DNA from: Vicinamibacteria bacterium
Lineage (GTDB): Bacteria; Acidobacteriota; Vicinamibacteria; Vicinamibacterales; JAENWD01
Assembly: GCA_963832135.1 (NCBI GenBank)
Contig: CAWHTD010000009.1
Span: 2,012,166 to 2,076,165 of the forward strand
Direction: 5' to 3'
DNA: 64,000 bases
The position numbers and the translations under genes were made by a program. This document shows, one piece after another, positions 30,973 through 40,446 of the stretch (within the stretch, counting starts at the first letter, position 1; each line of letters opens with the position of its first letter). The notes under the pieces were generated by a model, which was not told where the DNA came from, did not search any database, and saw only the letters and a program-made list of their open reading frames with translations.

Positions 30973-31370
30973 GCGAGCCTACGTGGCGAGGCGGATCGAG
31001 GGACTTCGTCGTCATGTGTGGCCCAGACGAGTCCGCAGGCCCCGCACGACCAGTACCTGCAGACCCTCGGCCACCAACGTGAGCGGCAACGGGCGCACAC
31101 GTGCGCTGCCTTGGCAATTACGACAAAGCGCGAGGAAGGGATCAGTGGCAAACCCTTGAGTCACGCCTGCATTCTGGACCGACAGCTCATTAGGGCCATT
31201 TACCGAACGATAGAAGGACGTCGTTCACAGAAACGCCCAGGACGCTGGTCCCACGCGTGCGTGCAGCAGCGGTCAATCTCTCGCACCATTACAATTGCGA
31301 AGCTGGTCCCGAAATTGACTGACGACTGGTTTCTTCTGGATACGTCCCGCCTCCACAGCGCCTCCAGCCG

Positions 31371-31581
31371 GTGACACGCGGCGAGCCGCTGTGGAAGTTG
31401 ATCAGGGGCGATCACACCGCGGAGGCGCGCGTCAGAGCCATCGACGGGCATCGGCCTGGAGCTGCGCTTCGAGTGGAATGGGGATCTGCGCGCGAGCCAG
31501 GTATTCAAGTCGTGGGAAGCACTCGAGCAGGCCGCCGCGGAGAAGCGCGGGGAGTTCGAAGCGAATGGATGGCAGGCGTGA
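31371..31581 (+). pseudogene. Small conserved-looking hypothetical protein, frameshifted near 31,445
   Basis: GTG start. (M)TRGEPLWKLIRGDHTAEARVRAIDG, then in another frame IGLELRFEWNGDLRASQVFKSWEALEQAAAEKRGEFEANGWQA*. Confidence 0.35.
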
Positions 31582-32097
31582 GAACCAGAGTGCCGTTTGT
31601 TTTAGACCGGCCCCCTAACGATGTCAGTTCGACGCCCCAAAACATTTGGTCGTGTCTCCCTTAGCCTGAGCGGTCGATGCTTTGGGCATACTGCTGATCC
31701 GTAAGCATGGCACGAGGGCCAGCGCCGATGGCCAAACCCATTCCGACACAAAGCGGCGATGTCTTGATCGTGCGGACGACGAAGTCGTACACGATCCATG
31801 CAGTCGGACGGATATTCAAAGACGGCCAGCCGGATTTGGGCGACGCGGCGAACGCGAACACGAGGCCGATTACTCCGATGCGGTCGCTCTGGCGAAAGCT
31901 CTCGTCTCGCCTGGACGGAAAATTTTCGTACGGAACCTGGACACCGGCGATTGGTCGGAGATTTCTGCCTTGAGACCAGCCTGACTGCGATGCGCGGCGC
32001 GGCTGACCGTACGCATTGCATCTCCCTGATGTGTTGGAGACATGACAAAAGACTCAGAAACATTGACGGGGCAAGGCGAAAGTGGCGAGATGATGGC

Positions 32098-32193
32098 TCA
32101 GAAAAACGCGGTGATGATCCCCGCAACGATGAGCGCACAGGCCACAACCATCAGCACTGATACGAGCACCGCCTTTGATGAAGGTGAAGACAT
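32098..32193 (-). CDS. Candidate 31-aa single-TM peptide (below the ORF-track cutoff)
   Basis: AGGTGAG lies 6 nt upstream of the ATG. Translation: MSSPSSKAVLVSVLMVVACALIVAGIITAFF*. Confidence 0.3.
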   Translation of the reverse strand: MSSPSSKAVLVSVLMVVACALIVAGIITAFF

Positions 32194-32643
32194 GTCTGGT
32201 CTCACCTATGCGCGCCGCAGCCGCAAGTCCTCGCCGTTTTCCGTGGCCCAGACACACCCACAGGGCCTCACAGCGCCAGTACGCAATACCGGGCGCCGCC
32301 TCGTGCGGCATGGCAGCGCAGCGGGGACGACAAAACCCAGACGCACCGTATGCCGGCCGCCAGGACACGCCTCCCCTCCGAACGATGGCGTGATACTGGA
32401 GCGCCCAGGCTCTTCCACTGCCCACCGTCCAAAAGGGGGGTGGCGCAGCGCGGTTACGAGAGTATAGTCACTGCCACCTGATCGAATGCTCGCCAGTAAG
32501 CAGACCGTCAGACCAGCTGCGCAGGACTCGGTAAGGACCTGACCCGACTGCTCAGTAGGCGAGCGCTGTTCGTAAATTCCTGCGTGCGCGCCGCGCCGCA
32601 CCCGACGGATCGCGTGCGCCGGCGAGATCGGCCGGAGGGGCTT

Positions 32644-35600
32644 ATGAGACGAGGTGCAGTAGCTATCCGTTCTGCGCTGGTAATAGTGGGCCTCTGTTGT
32701 CTTCCTGCGGCGGCGCAAGGTGTGTTTGGCACCATCACGGGCACGGTTACCGATTCGAGTGATGCGGTGCTTCCCGGCGCGACGGTGACTGTCACCAATA
32801 TCGCCACCAACGTCGCGAAGACATTGACGACGAACGAGGCTGGCCTGTATAGCGCGACGAGCCTCATTCCGGGCCCGTACAAGGTGGAGGCGTCTCTTAC
32901 CGGGTTCAAGAGAGCCGTTGTCGGTGCGATCAACCTGGAAGTCAACGCCAGCCCGAAGGTCGACTTGACGCTGGAGGTGGGTCAGGCGACGGAACTGGTG
33001 AACGTGACGGCCGAAGCGCCACTCCTCCAGTCCGAGCAGACCAATCTGGGCCAGACCATCACCCAGCAGCAAATCGAGCAGTTGCCCAGCGGGCGGAACC
33101 TCTTCAGCCTAATCCCGCTGGCAGCCGGCGTCTCGCAGCAGATGGCTTGTGACGGCGATTGTGGCAATAACGGCAACTTGCGCATCAACGGCGACCGGCC
33201 GCGGACTCAGGACTATGTGCTCGATGGCACCACCATCAACGCTCCAGTGTTCGGCGGGCAGGCGATCAATCCGTCGATCGACTCCATCCAGGAGTTCAGA
33301 ATCGAAGCCAACAGCATGTCCGCGGAGTACGGGAAGGCCGGCGGAGGTGTGCTGATTGCGGTGACCAAGAGCGGCACCAACCAGTTCCGTGGCTCCGGGT
33401 ACGAGTACCACCGCAACGAGAAACTGAACGCCCGCAACTTCTTCGAGGATCGCTCCGCGCCGAAGAACCCGTTCGAGCAGAACGAATTCGGTGGGACTAT
33501 TGGGGGCCCCGTGCTCAAGAACAAGCTGTTCTTCTTCACGGACTACCAGGGAGTTCGCGGGAATGGCAGCAGTCCGGTCATCGGCGTCATCGTGCCCGAC
33601 GATGCGTTTCGGAACGGCGATCTATCAGCCTTGTGCGCGGCCGGCTTCGATGGCAGCGGCACGTGCAATGATGCGAGTCAACAGATCTACAATCCGGGCA
33701 CGACAACGCCCGTACCGTTCAATCGCATCCCCGAGATCAGTTCGATTTCACGGAACTTCCTGGCCGTTTGGCCCACATCCAGCACGCCTGGTCCCAATCC
33801 TGGGACACGCGAGCGGAGCGCCACGCGCCCGTTCGACAATTCGCTCAACCGCATCAATGCACGGGTTGACTACCACGTATCGCCATCGGACCAGGTGTTC
33901 GGCGTGTTTCACCGCCAGTGGGGCCGGAGCACGGCGTATCCCAACAATCTCCTCGTCGGACGACCCGAGGGAGAGCAGATCTTTCGTCCCAACGACTACA
34001 CGTCCACGGCCGGCTGGACCCGCACCTTCACACCGACGATGCTGAACAACTTCCGGTTTGGCTACATGCACCGCGTCGGCCACCGCATGGGGAACGGAAC
34101 GACGTCTCCCGCAGACTTCGGCCTCCAGGGCATTCCCGGCTGTTTGTCGAGCGTGCCCGACACGGGCAACGGAGAGAAGTGCGGCACGCCTTCGGTCAAC
34201 ATCAGCGGATTCGACGGGTTCGGCGGCGCCGGCGTTCTCTACGAGCCGGCAAACACACTGCAGATTAGCGACACGTTGAGCAAGCTCGCCGGCCGGCACA
34301 GCCTCAAGATCGGCGGTGAGGTGCGGCGCTACGGCATCGACAATTATCAACCTGATGGCCCGAACGGATCCTTCACCTTCACCGGTTCGCAGACGGGCCA
34401 CGCCTTCGCCGATTTCCTTTTCGGCGTGATCAACAACGGCGGCGTCACCATCCAAAATGCCATGGTGTCCACACATGCGTGGAGTTATGCCCTATTCGTC
34501 CAGGACGATTTCAAGGTCACGCCAACGCTGACGCTCAACTTGGGGCTGCGGTGGCAATACGACCAGTCGTTCCGAGAGGAGCATGACGGACTCGCGTTCT
34601 TCAACCCGTTCACCGCCGAGTGGGAGCAGTTTGGCGTGAACGCCCCGAGGGCACCCTTCGACCCGTCGGGGAAACAGTTTGGGCCTCGCGTCGGGGTGGC
34701 GTGGAGTCCGACCCCCACCATTGTCGTGCGCGGAGGCTACGGCATGACGTATCCCAGTGCCATCGGTCACGGCCGCTCGGGCGATGCCGAGCCTGGGCCC
34801 AACATGCGGGCCGGAACTCCCTTGCCGATGGGCACGAACTGGGCAAGCCTGCCACCCATCAACAATCCTGATCCGGCGGCGATTACCGCGCCCATACCCG
34901 TGACCAGCAACGTGTCCTTCTCGGCTTGGGCGCCGCGGAACCAGACGTTCCCACGTTTCCACTTGTGGAATCTCACCCTGGAGAAGCAGCTCGGGCAGAG
35001 CACCGTTGCCCAGGTGGGCTACGTCGGCAGCGCAGGCCGGCATCTGCCTATCAACTACGCATATAACATCTGCCAACAGTCACCCGAAACGACGGCCCAA
35101 TTCGGCTACGACGCGACGACGAGCCCGCATTGTCCGCTCGCGGCGGAAAAAGTGCTCGCGGCAGGTGGCTCCCTGTACGACCTCGTGGTCACGCCAGGTT
35201 ATTGGGGCCTCTCGAGCTCGGACTACCATTCACTCCAGGCCAAGTTCGAGCGCCGCTTCTCGCACGGGGTATCGCTGTTGGCGAGCTTCACGTGGAGCAA
35301 GTTGATGGACGATTCCTCATCCGATTGGGGCGGCTTCTGGTCTCTCGACGTGCTGGGCCAGGACTTTTACAACCGCGCGGCCGAGCGCTCGGTCAGCGCC
35401 GGCGACATCCCGCTTCGTCTGACCGTTGCGCCGATCGTGGAAGTGCCCTTCGGACCCGGTCGCCGCTGGCTGACTAACGGGGTCGCGAGCCACATGCTGG
35501 GCGGGTGGCGTGCGGCCGCCGTGTACACCGTGAGCAGCGGGTCTCCGTTTGGTATTACCGACAACTGGTACGGGTACTGCAACGCTGCGCACACGCTCTC

Positions 35601-36009
35601 GAACCGTCCGGCGATGATCGGCGATCCGCTGTCGTCGGGTTTCAATCAGACGCTCGACCGCTGGTTCGATACGAGCGCCTTTGACTTCTCAGGCACCTGT
35701 CCCGCGCCGGGATTACTCACCCCAACGGGTCCCGGGGATCCGAACAAAGCGTTTGGCAACGCACCTCGATATTTCTCGAGCCTCCGGAACCCGCACCTGA
35801 ACAACCTTGACTTCTCGCTCCAGAAGGACATTCCACTCCCTGGCGGGAATCTTCGGCGCCTTCAGTTCCGGGCGGATTTCTTCAACCTGCTGAACCATCC
35901 GCAGTTCGGCGAACCGGTGTCCGATCCGTTGAACCCTAGCTTCGGACGGATCACCCGCACGGCCGTAAACAACAGGACCATTCAGCTCGGCTTGCACGCA
36001 TACTTCTGA
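32644..36009 (+). CDS. TonB-dependent receptor with an N-terminal carboxypeptidase-regulatory-like domain
   Basis: ORF 32584..36009. The internal Met gives signal MRRGAVAIRSALVIVGLCCLPAAAQG, then GTITGTVTDSSDAVLPGATVTVTN...GLYSATSLIPGPYKV, a plug (QQIEQLPSGRN) and a C-terminal ...NNRTIQLGLHAYF. Confidence 0.85.
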   Translation: MRRGAVAIRSALVIVGLCCLPAAAQGVFGTITGTVTDSSDAVLPGATVTVTNIATNVAKTLTTNEAGLYSATSLIPGPYKVEASLTGFKRAVVGAINLEVNASPKVDLTLEVGQATELVNVTAEAPLLQSEQTNLGQTITQQQIEQLPSGRNLFSLIPLAAGVSQQMACDGDCGNNGNLRINGDRPRTQDYVLDGTTINAPVFGGQAINPSIDSIQEFRIEANSMSAEYGKAGGGVLIAVTKSGTNQFRGSGYEYHRNEKLNARNFFEDRSAPKNPFEQNEFGGTIGGPVLKNKLFFFTDYQGVRGNGSSPVIGVIVPDDAFRNGDLSALCAAGFDGSGTCNDASQQIYNPGTTTPVPFNRIPEISSISRNFLAVWPTSSTPGPNPGTRERSATRPFDNSLNRINARVDYHVSPSDQVFGVFHRQWGRSTAYPNNLLVGRPEGEQIFRPNDYTSTAGWTRTFTPTMLNNFRFGYMHRVGHRMGNGTTSPADFGLQGIPGCLSSVPDTGNGEKCGTPSVNISGFDGFGGAGVLYEPANTLQISDTLSKLAGRHSLKIGGEVRRYGIDNYQPDGPNGSFTFTGSQTGHAFADFLFGVINNGGVTIQNAMVSTHAWSYALFVQDDFKVTPTLTLNLGLRWQYDQSFREEHDGLAFFNPFTAEWEQFGVNAPRAPFDPSGKQFGPRVGVAWSPTPTIVVRGGYGMTYPSAIGHGRSGDAEPGPNMRAGTPLPMGTNWASLPPINNPDPAAITAPIPVTSNVSFSAWAPRNQTFPRFHLWNLTLEKQLGQSTVAQVGYVGSAGRHLPINYAYNICQQSPETTAQFGYDATTSPHCPLAAEKVLAAGGSLYDLVVTPGYWGLSSSDYHSLQAKFERRFSHGVSLLASFTWSKLMDDSSSDWGGFWSLDVLGQDFYNRAAERSVSAGDIPLRLTVAPIVEVPFGPGRRWLTNGVASHMLGGWRAAAVYTVSSGSPFGITDNWYGYCNAAHTLSNRPAMIGDPLSSGFNQTLDRWFDTSAFDFSGTCPAPGLLTPTGPGDPNKAFGNAPRYFSSLRNPHLNNLDFSLQKDIPLPGGNLRRLQFRADFFNLLNHPQFGEPVSDPLNPSFGRITRTAVNNRTIQLGLHAYF

Positions 36010-36096
36010 GCCAGCTCGTGGAGCCCGTGGTGTCCCACTTCTCAGCCGAGGCGATTCGGGCGTGCCGTGGAGTCGGTAATGTAGGCTCCCGCGGTC

Positions 36097-37150
36097 GTGG
36101 ATGTCGCTGCGGTTCGACTCTTCGTGATGGCGGTGGCCGGCTGGTGGGCCGACCAGCGGCAAGAGACGGTTGCCTATTTGGTCGAAGAAAACCGCACCCT
36201 CCGCGCGCACCTGCGCGGCCGGATCCGTTTGACCGATGAGGAACGCCGTCGGTTGGCGATGCACGGAGACCGGCTGGGCCGTCGCCGACTCCGTCAGGTC
36301 GCCACGATCGTCACGCCCGACACGATTCTCCGGTGGCATCGGCAATTGATCGCGCGGAAATGGACGTACGCGACACGAACTGGGCGTCGCGGTGTGCTCG
36401 CGGAGATCCGGCGGTTGGTCGCCCGGATGGCGGAGGAGAATCCTACCTGGGGCTACACGCGGATCCAAGGGCGCTGAAGAACGTCGGCCATCGCGTCGGT
36501 CGCTCGACGATTGCGCGCATCGTGAAGCGCACGGCCTGCCACCCGTACCGCAGCGGCCCGACGTCGTGGCAGACGTTTCTTCGCGCGCACTGGGGGCGCG
36601 ATCGCGGGGGCCGATTTCTTCACAACCGAAGTGTGGACGTGGCGCGGCTTGGTGACGTACTACACGGTGTTCGTCATCGATCTCGCGTCACGCCGGGTCC
36701 AGATTGTCGGGTCCACGCCGCATCCTGGGGATCTGTTCATGTGCCAAGTCGGTCGCACGGTGACGGCCGTTGAGGATGGGCTGCTGCGTGACCACCGCGT
36801 GCTGATCTGCGATCGGGAGCGGAAATGGAGTGCGGAGGTGCGACGGCTGTTGAACGAGGCTGGCCTTCGGGGTGGTGCAGACACCGCTCCAAGCGCCGAA
36901 TGCGAACGCGTACGCGGAACGATTCGTCCGATCGATCAAGGAGGAATGTCTCGATCGGATGATTCCGATCGGCGAGCGGCACTTCCGGCGGGCGATCAGG
37001 GAATTCGTCGATCACTATCATCACGAGCGCAATCATCAAGCGCTGGGCAACGCGCTCATCGACGGCGTCGATCACCGGCAGACGGGACGACGAATTCGCC
37101 GTCGCCCGCGGCTCGGTGGACTGCTCAATTACTACGAACGGGCCGCGTGA
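36097..37150 (+). pseudogene. rve-type IS transposase, near full length but with at least three frameshifts
   Basis: Spread across four ORF-track frames: ...ENRTLRAHL...ILRWHRQLIARKW...NPTWGYTRIQG | ALKNVGHRVGRSTIARI...SWQTFLRAHW | ...FFTTEVWTWRGLVTYYTVFVIDLASRRV...VLICDRERKWS | ...[54 protein letters not shown]...LLNYYERAA. Confidence 0.8.
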
Positions 37151-37321
37151 TAGGACCGGCTGAGTTGTGGAACACTACGGACTCCAGATCTTTCAAAACA
37201 GGCCTATTTACGCAGCTTCCCGGATGAGCCAGTTGCGGAAATCGTCCAGTGCGGCGAGCCATTTTCCCGAACAAAACAAATCTGAGCACTCGCCCACGAC
37301 GTCGCGCCTTAGACGTCTGAT

Positions 37322-38476
37322 TCAACGGACCACGCGGGTGCCGGTACGACCCATCACCGGCAGTGACCCGGCCGCATTCGGAAGCGTCACGGCGCCCGAC
37401 CGCAACCGCTCGAGGAACAACTTCACGTTCGTCTTCATGATGATGCTCGGCGAAAGCCGCACCTCTGGCTGCGGAGGGACGTTCTCCACGACGAGGCGGT
37501 AAAGCATCTGGAAGGCAATGCGGCCTTGCGTCCAGGCTCGCTGATGGATGGTGGCGGCGATGCGTCCCGACTCGATGAACGGCACCAGTGCGGGAAACAG
37601 ATCGGTCGTGATCACGGTGATGCTTCCGCCAAGCCGCCGCTCGTCGATCGCGCGCATGACGGGTAGAGAGTTTGCGGTGCTCACATAGATGCCGTTGATG
37701 TCGGGATGCTTTGCCAGCACCTTGTTGCACTTTTCATGCGCCTCGGCCTCGTCGTCATGAGCCTGGAGGACCGCTGCCAGCTCGATCTGCGGCCAGAGAT
37801 CGTTCATCGCCTGCCGGAATCCTTCCAGCTTTCCAGCATGGTCGCGCGTACTGAGCAGGCCGCTCATGACGATCACCTTGCCTTCGGCGCGCAGGAATCG
37901 GCCCATCAGCTCGGCGACCAGGGCACCGCTGGTTACGGGATCCACCGACACGGCTGCAATGCGTTCGGTACCCGGGGCGTCGGTCGACACGCAGACCACG
38001 GGGATCCCGCGGCGCGTAGCAGCGCTGATCAGAGGCTTCAGCTTGTCCGGACGGCCCGGAGCGATCAGGATGCCGTCCACGTCGGCCTCTAGCGCCCGAT
38101 TCATCGCGTCGGTCTCGCCAATGCCTAAACGTGGATAGGACTCGTCGATCAGATGCACGCCGCTGGCCTCGAACGGCCGGGCGGCATCGCGGATCCCGTC
38201 GCGGACGAGATCGAAAAAAGACGCCACCTCGCGCGGAAGACAGACGGCGAATCGGCGCTGCTTCCCCGATGACAGATAGCGCGCGGCGAGGTTCGGTTGA
38301 TATCCAAGCGCCGCCGCCTGACGCAACACCTTGTCGCGGGTTTTCGCGCTGACCCGGGGCCTGTTGTGCAGTGCCCGATCGACCGTGCCGATCGACACCC
38401 CCAGCGCCTCCGCGATGTCACGAATACCTGCCGGTCTCGGTTGGCCGGCGGTGTGTGGTGGTTTTTTGCGAGGCAC
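37322..38476 (-). CDS. LacI-family transcriptional regulator
   Basis: 384-aa ORF with HTH IRDIAEALGVSIGTVDRALHNRPRVSAKTRDKVLRQAAALGYQPN, followed by a periplasmic-binding-protein-like sugar-binding fold. Confidence 0.85.
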   Translation of the reverse strand: MPRKKPPHTAGQPRPAGIRDIAEALGVSIGTVDRALHNRPRVSAKTRDKVLRQAAALGYQPNLAARYLSSGKQRRFAVCLPREVASFFDLVRDGIRDAARPFEASGVHLIDESYPRLGIGETDAMNRALEADVDGILIAPGRPDKLKPLISAATRRGIPVVCVSTDAPGTERIAAVSVDPVTSGALVAELMGRFLRAEGKVIVMSGLLSTRDHAGKLEGFRQAMNDLWPQIELAAVLQAHDDEAEAHEKCNKVLAKHPDINGIYVSTANSLPVMRAIDERRLGGSITVITTDLFPALVPFIESGRIAATIHQRAWTQGRIAFQMLYRLVVENVPPQPEVRLSPSIIMKTNVKLFLERLRSGAVTLPNAAGSLPVMGRTGTRVVR

Positions 38477-38520
38477 GGAACTCCTTCAAGTGACCGCGTC
38501 GGAACGGGAACCGACTCTAT

Positions 38521-40446
38521 TCACCGGCCTGGTGTGACAGGGGCCGCGCCCGCAGGCTCTTCGACCCGCAGAATCTGATCGGCTCGAACGTCCTTCAGCG
38601 TCTGGACAATACCGCTTGGCCAGCGAATGTCGATACTCGCAACGGTGTCGCGTCCGAGGCCGAAGTGCACGCGCTTGTCACTGGAGGACAGATAGCTGCC
38701 CGCCGTCGTGACGGTCGCAACCTGTTGGCCCTGCACGGAGCGGACGATCACCTCGGCACCAATCGCGTCCCGGTTGCTCCGACGGCCGACCAGATTCACC
38801 AGGAGCCAATGATTCTTGGTGGGCGTATCGTTGCGCAATACATACAGCGGACCGTCATTGGTCGTGACCACGGCATCGAGTCTACCGTCGTTATCGATAT
38901 CGCCGACTGCCATTCCTCGTGCGGCCCACGGCGTCTTGAAGGGCGCCCCAGAATCCGCCGACACGTCAACGAACCCCCGGCCGGTGTTGCGCGCCAGGAG
39001 CATCGGCTCGCGGTATCGCAGCTGGGGATAGGACAGCTCAACGGTGTCGAGCACGTGAGACTGCGCGATCAACAGATCCTTCCATCCGTCATTGTCATAG
39101 TCGAGAAAGCGAACGCCCCAACCCGAATGCAGCAGCGTCATGGCACCGATGCCGGATGTGTGGGTGGCGTAGCTGAACGTGCCGTCCCCGCGGTTCTGAA
39201 AGGCTGCGTACATCTGGTACGCCAGGTTGGTGACGATCAGATCAGGCAAGCCATCGTTGGTGTAGTCAGAAAAATCGACACCCATCCCGGCGAACGCACG
39301 ACCGTTGCCATCCACAGCCGCTTCGGACAGCAGCGCCAGTTCTTCGAACGTTCCGTTCCCCTTGTTGCGGTAGAGAAACTGCGGCACGGAATCGTTGGCG
39401 ACATACAGATCCGTCCGAGCGTCGCGATCATAGTCCGCAATCGCAATACCGAGTCCCTTGCCTGGCTTGGACATGCCGATTCGCTGCGAGACCTCCGTAA
39501 ACGCGCCATCACCGTCGTTGTGGTACACGAGGGGCGCGACAGGTTGAAACTGGTCGGGGTGGCAGTACGATCGGTAGCCTTCTTTCCGTTCTCCGCACCA
39601 GATATCGTTGAAATCCCACTCGAGATAGCGGAGCACCACGAGGTCCAGGAGTCCGTCGGCGTCCAGGTCGACCCATGCCGCACTCGCCGACCAGCCTGCG
39701 CCGCCTACGCCCGCTTTCTCGGTCACGTCCGAAAACGTGCCGTCGCGATTGTTGTGATAGAGGCGATTGGGTCCGTGAGCGGTCACGTACAAATCCTCGA
39801 AACCATCGTTGTCATAGTCTCCGACGGCGACGCCCATTTCGTACCCAAAGCCCCGTAAGCCCGCCTTTTCAGTCACATCTTCGAAAGCTCCTTCCCGTGT
39901 CTGACGGTACAAACGATCCCAATGTTCGGGTGCCGTCTTCCGGGGAATGGTGCCTGGCGGCGTCGGATCTGCGAGAGGGGCGCCGTTGACGACGAACAGG
40001 TCAAGCAGACCATCGTTGTCGTAGTCGAAGAGAGCCACACCGGGTCCCATCGTCTCGATCAGGTATTTCTTGGACGTCTTCGAGGCGATGTGCCGGAAGG
40101 GCACGGCCATCGCGGAAGTGACGTCGACGAACTTCCCTGGCACCGCAGGCGACGGACGCCGGGCTCCCACCTGCGCCTGTGTTTCGGAAGTGATCTTGAG
40201 CGGCCCACCGAAGAAGAGCACGGCAAGCAGCACGATACCCAGTCCGCCCGGCGCTGATTTGAACAACGGGGGTCCGGTGCGGCGTCTCCGCGCAATCGTT
40301 GCCTGCTGAAAAAACCAATGGTAGCATCTGCAAACGCATTCCCCACTCGGCTTCCGATCGTACGCCCGCGACGCATGACGTGAAACACCGCCGCGCGCAT
40401 CAGGTCTGACCGTAATGCCGCTTTTTCGATCCGTTCTTTGCATCAC
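38521..40446 (-). CDS. CRTAC1/ASPIC-UnbV family FG-GAP (VCBS) repeat protein, secreted; start uncertain
   Basis: 641-aa ORF with repeated DYDNDG..DL...N units and a C-terminal UnbV-like tail (VGARV.V...G..Q...V..GSSYLSSSD.R.HFGLG). The annotated start overlaps the divergent TPR gene by ~30 nt. The real start is probably nearer the signal-like RRRRTGPPLFKSAPGGLGIVLLAVLFFGG (~40,270-40,300). Confidence 0.75.
   Translation of the reverse strand: MMQRTDRKSGITVRPDARGGVSRHASRAYDRKPSGECVCRCYHWFFQQATIARRRRTGPPLFKSAPGGLGIVLLAVLFFGGPLKITSETQAQVGARRPSPAVPGKFVDVTSAMAVPFRHIASKTSKKYLIETMGPGVALFDYDNDGLLDLFVVNGAPLADPTPPGTIPRKTAPEHWDRLYRQTREGAFEDVTEKAGLRGFGYEMGVAVGDYDNDGFEDLYVTAHGPNRLYHNNRDGTFSDVTEKAGVGGAGWSASAAWVDLDADGLLDLVVLRYLEWDFNDIWCGERKEGYRSYCHPDQFQPVAPLVYHNDGDGAFTEVSQRIGMSKPGKGLGIAIADYDRDARTDLYVANDSVPQFLYRNKGNGTFEELALLSEAAVDGNGRAFAGMGVDFSDYTNDGLPDLIVTNLAYQMYAAFQNRGDGTFSYATHTSGIGAMTLLHSGWGVRFLDYDNDGWKDLLIAQSHVLDTVELSYPQLRYREPMLLARNTGRGFVDVSADSGAPFKTPWAARGMAVGDIDNDGRLDAVVTTNDGPLYVLRNDTPTKNHWLLVNLVGRRSNRDAIGAEVIVRSVQGQQVATVTTAGSYLSSSDKRVHFGLGRDTVASIDIRWPSGIVQTLKDVRADQILRVEEPAGAAPVTPGR

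Noticed and set aside
30619-31374. 251-aa plus-strand ORF in the gene-poor stretch
   Set aside because: It has no motifs and an Arg/Gly-rich composition. It also overlaps more plausible small features on both strands (an HTH remnant and the zinc-ribbon ORF).
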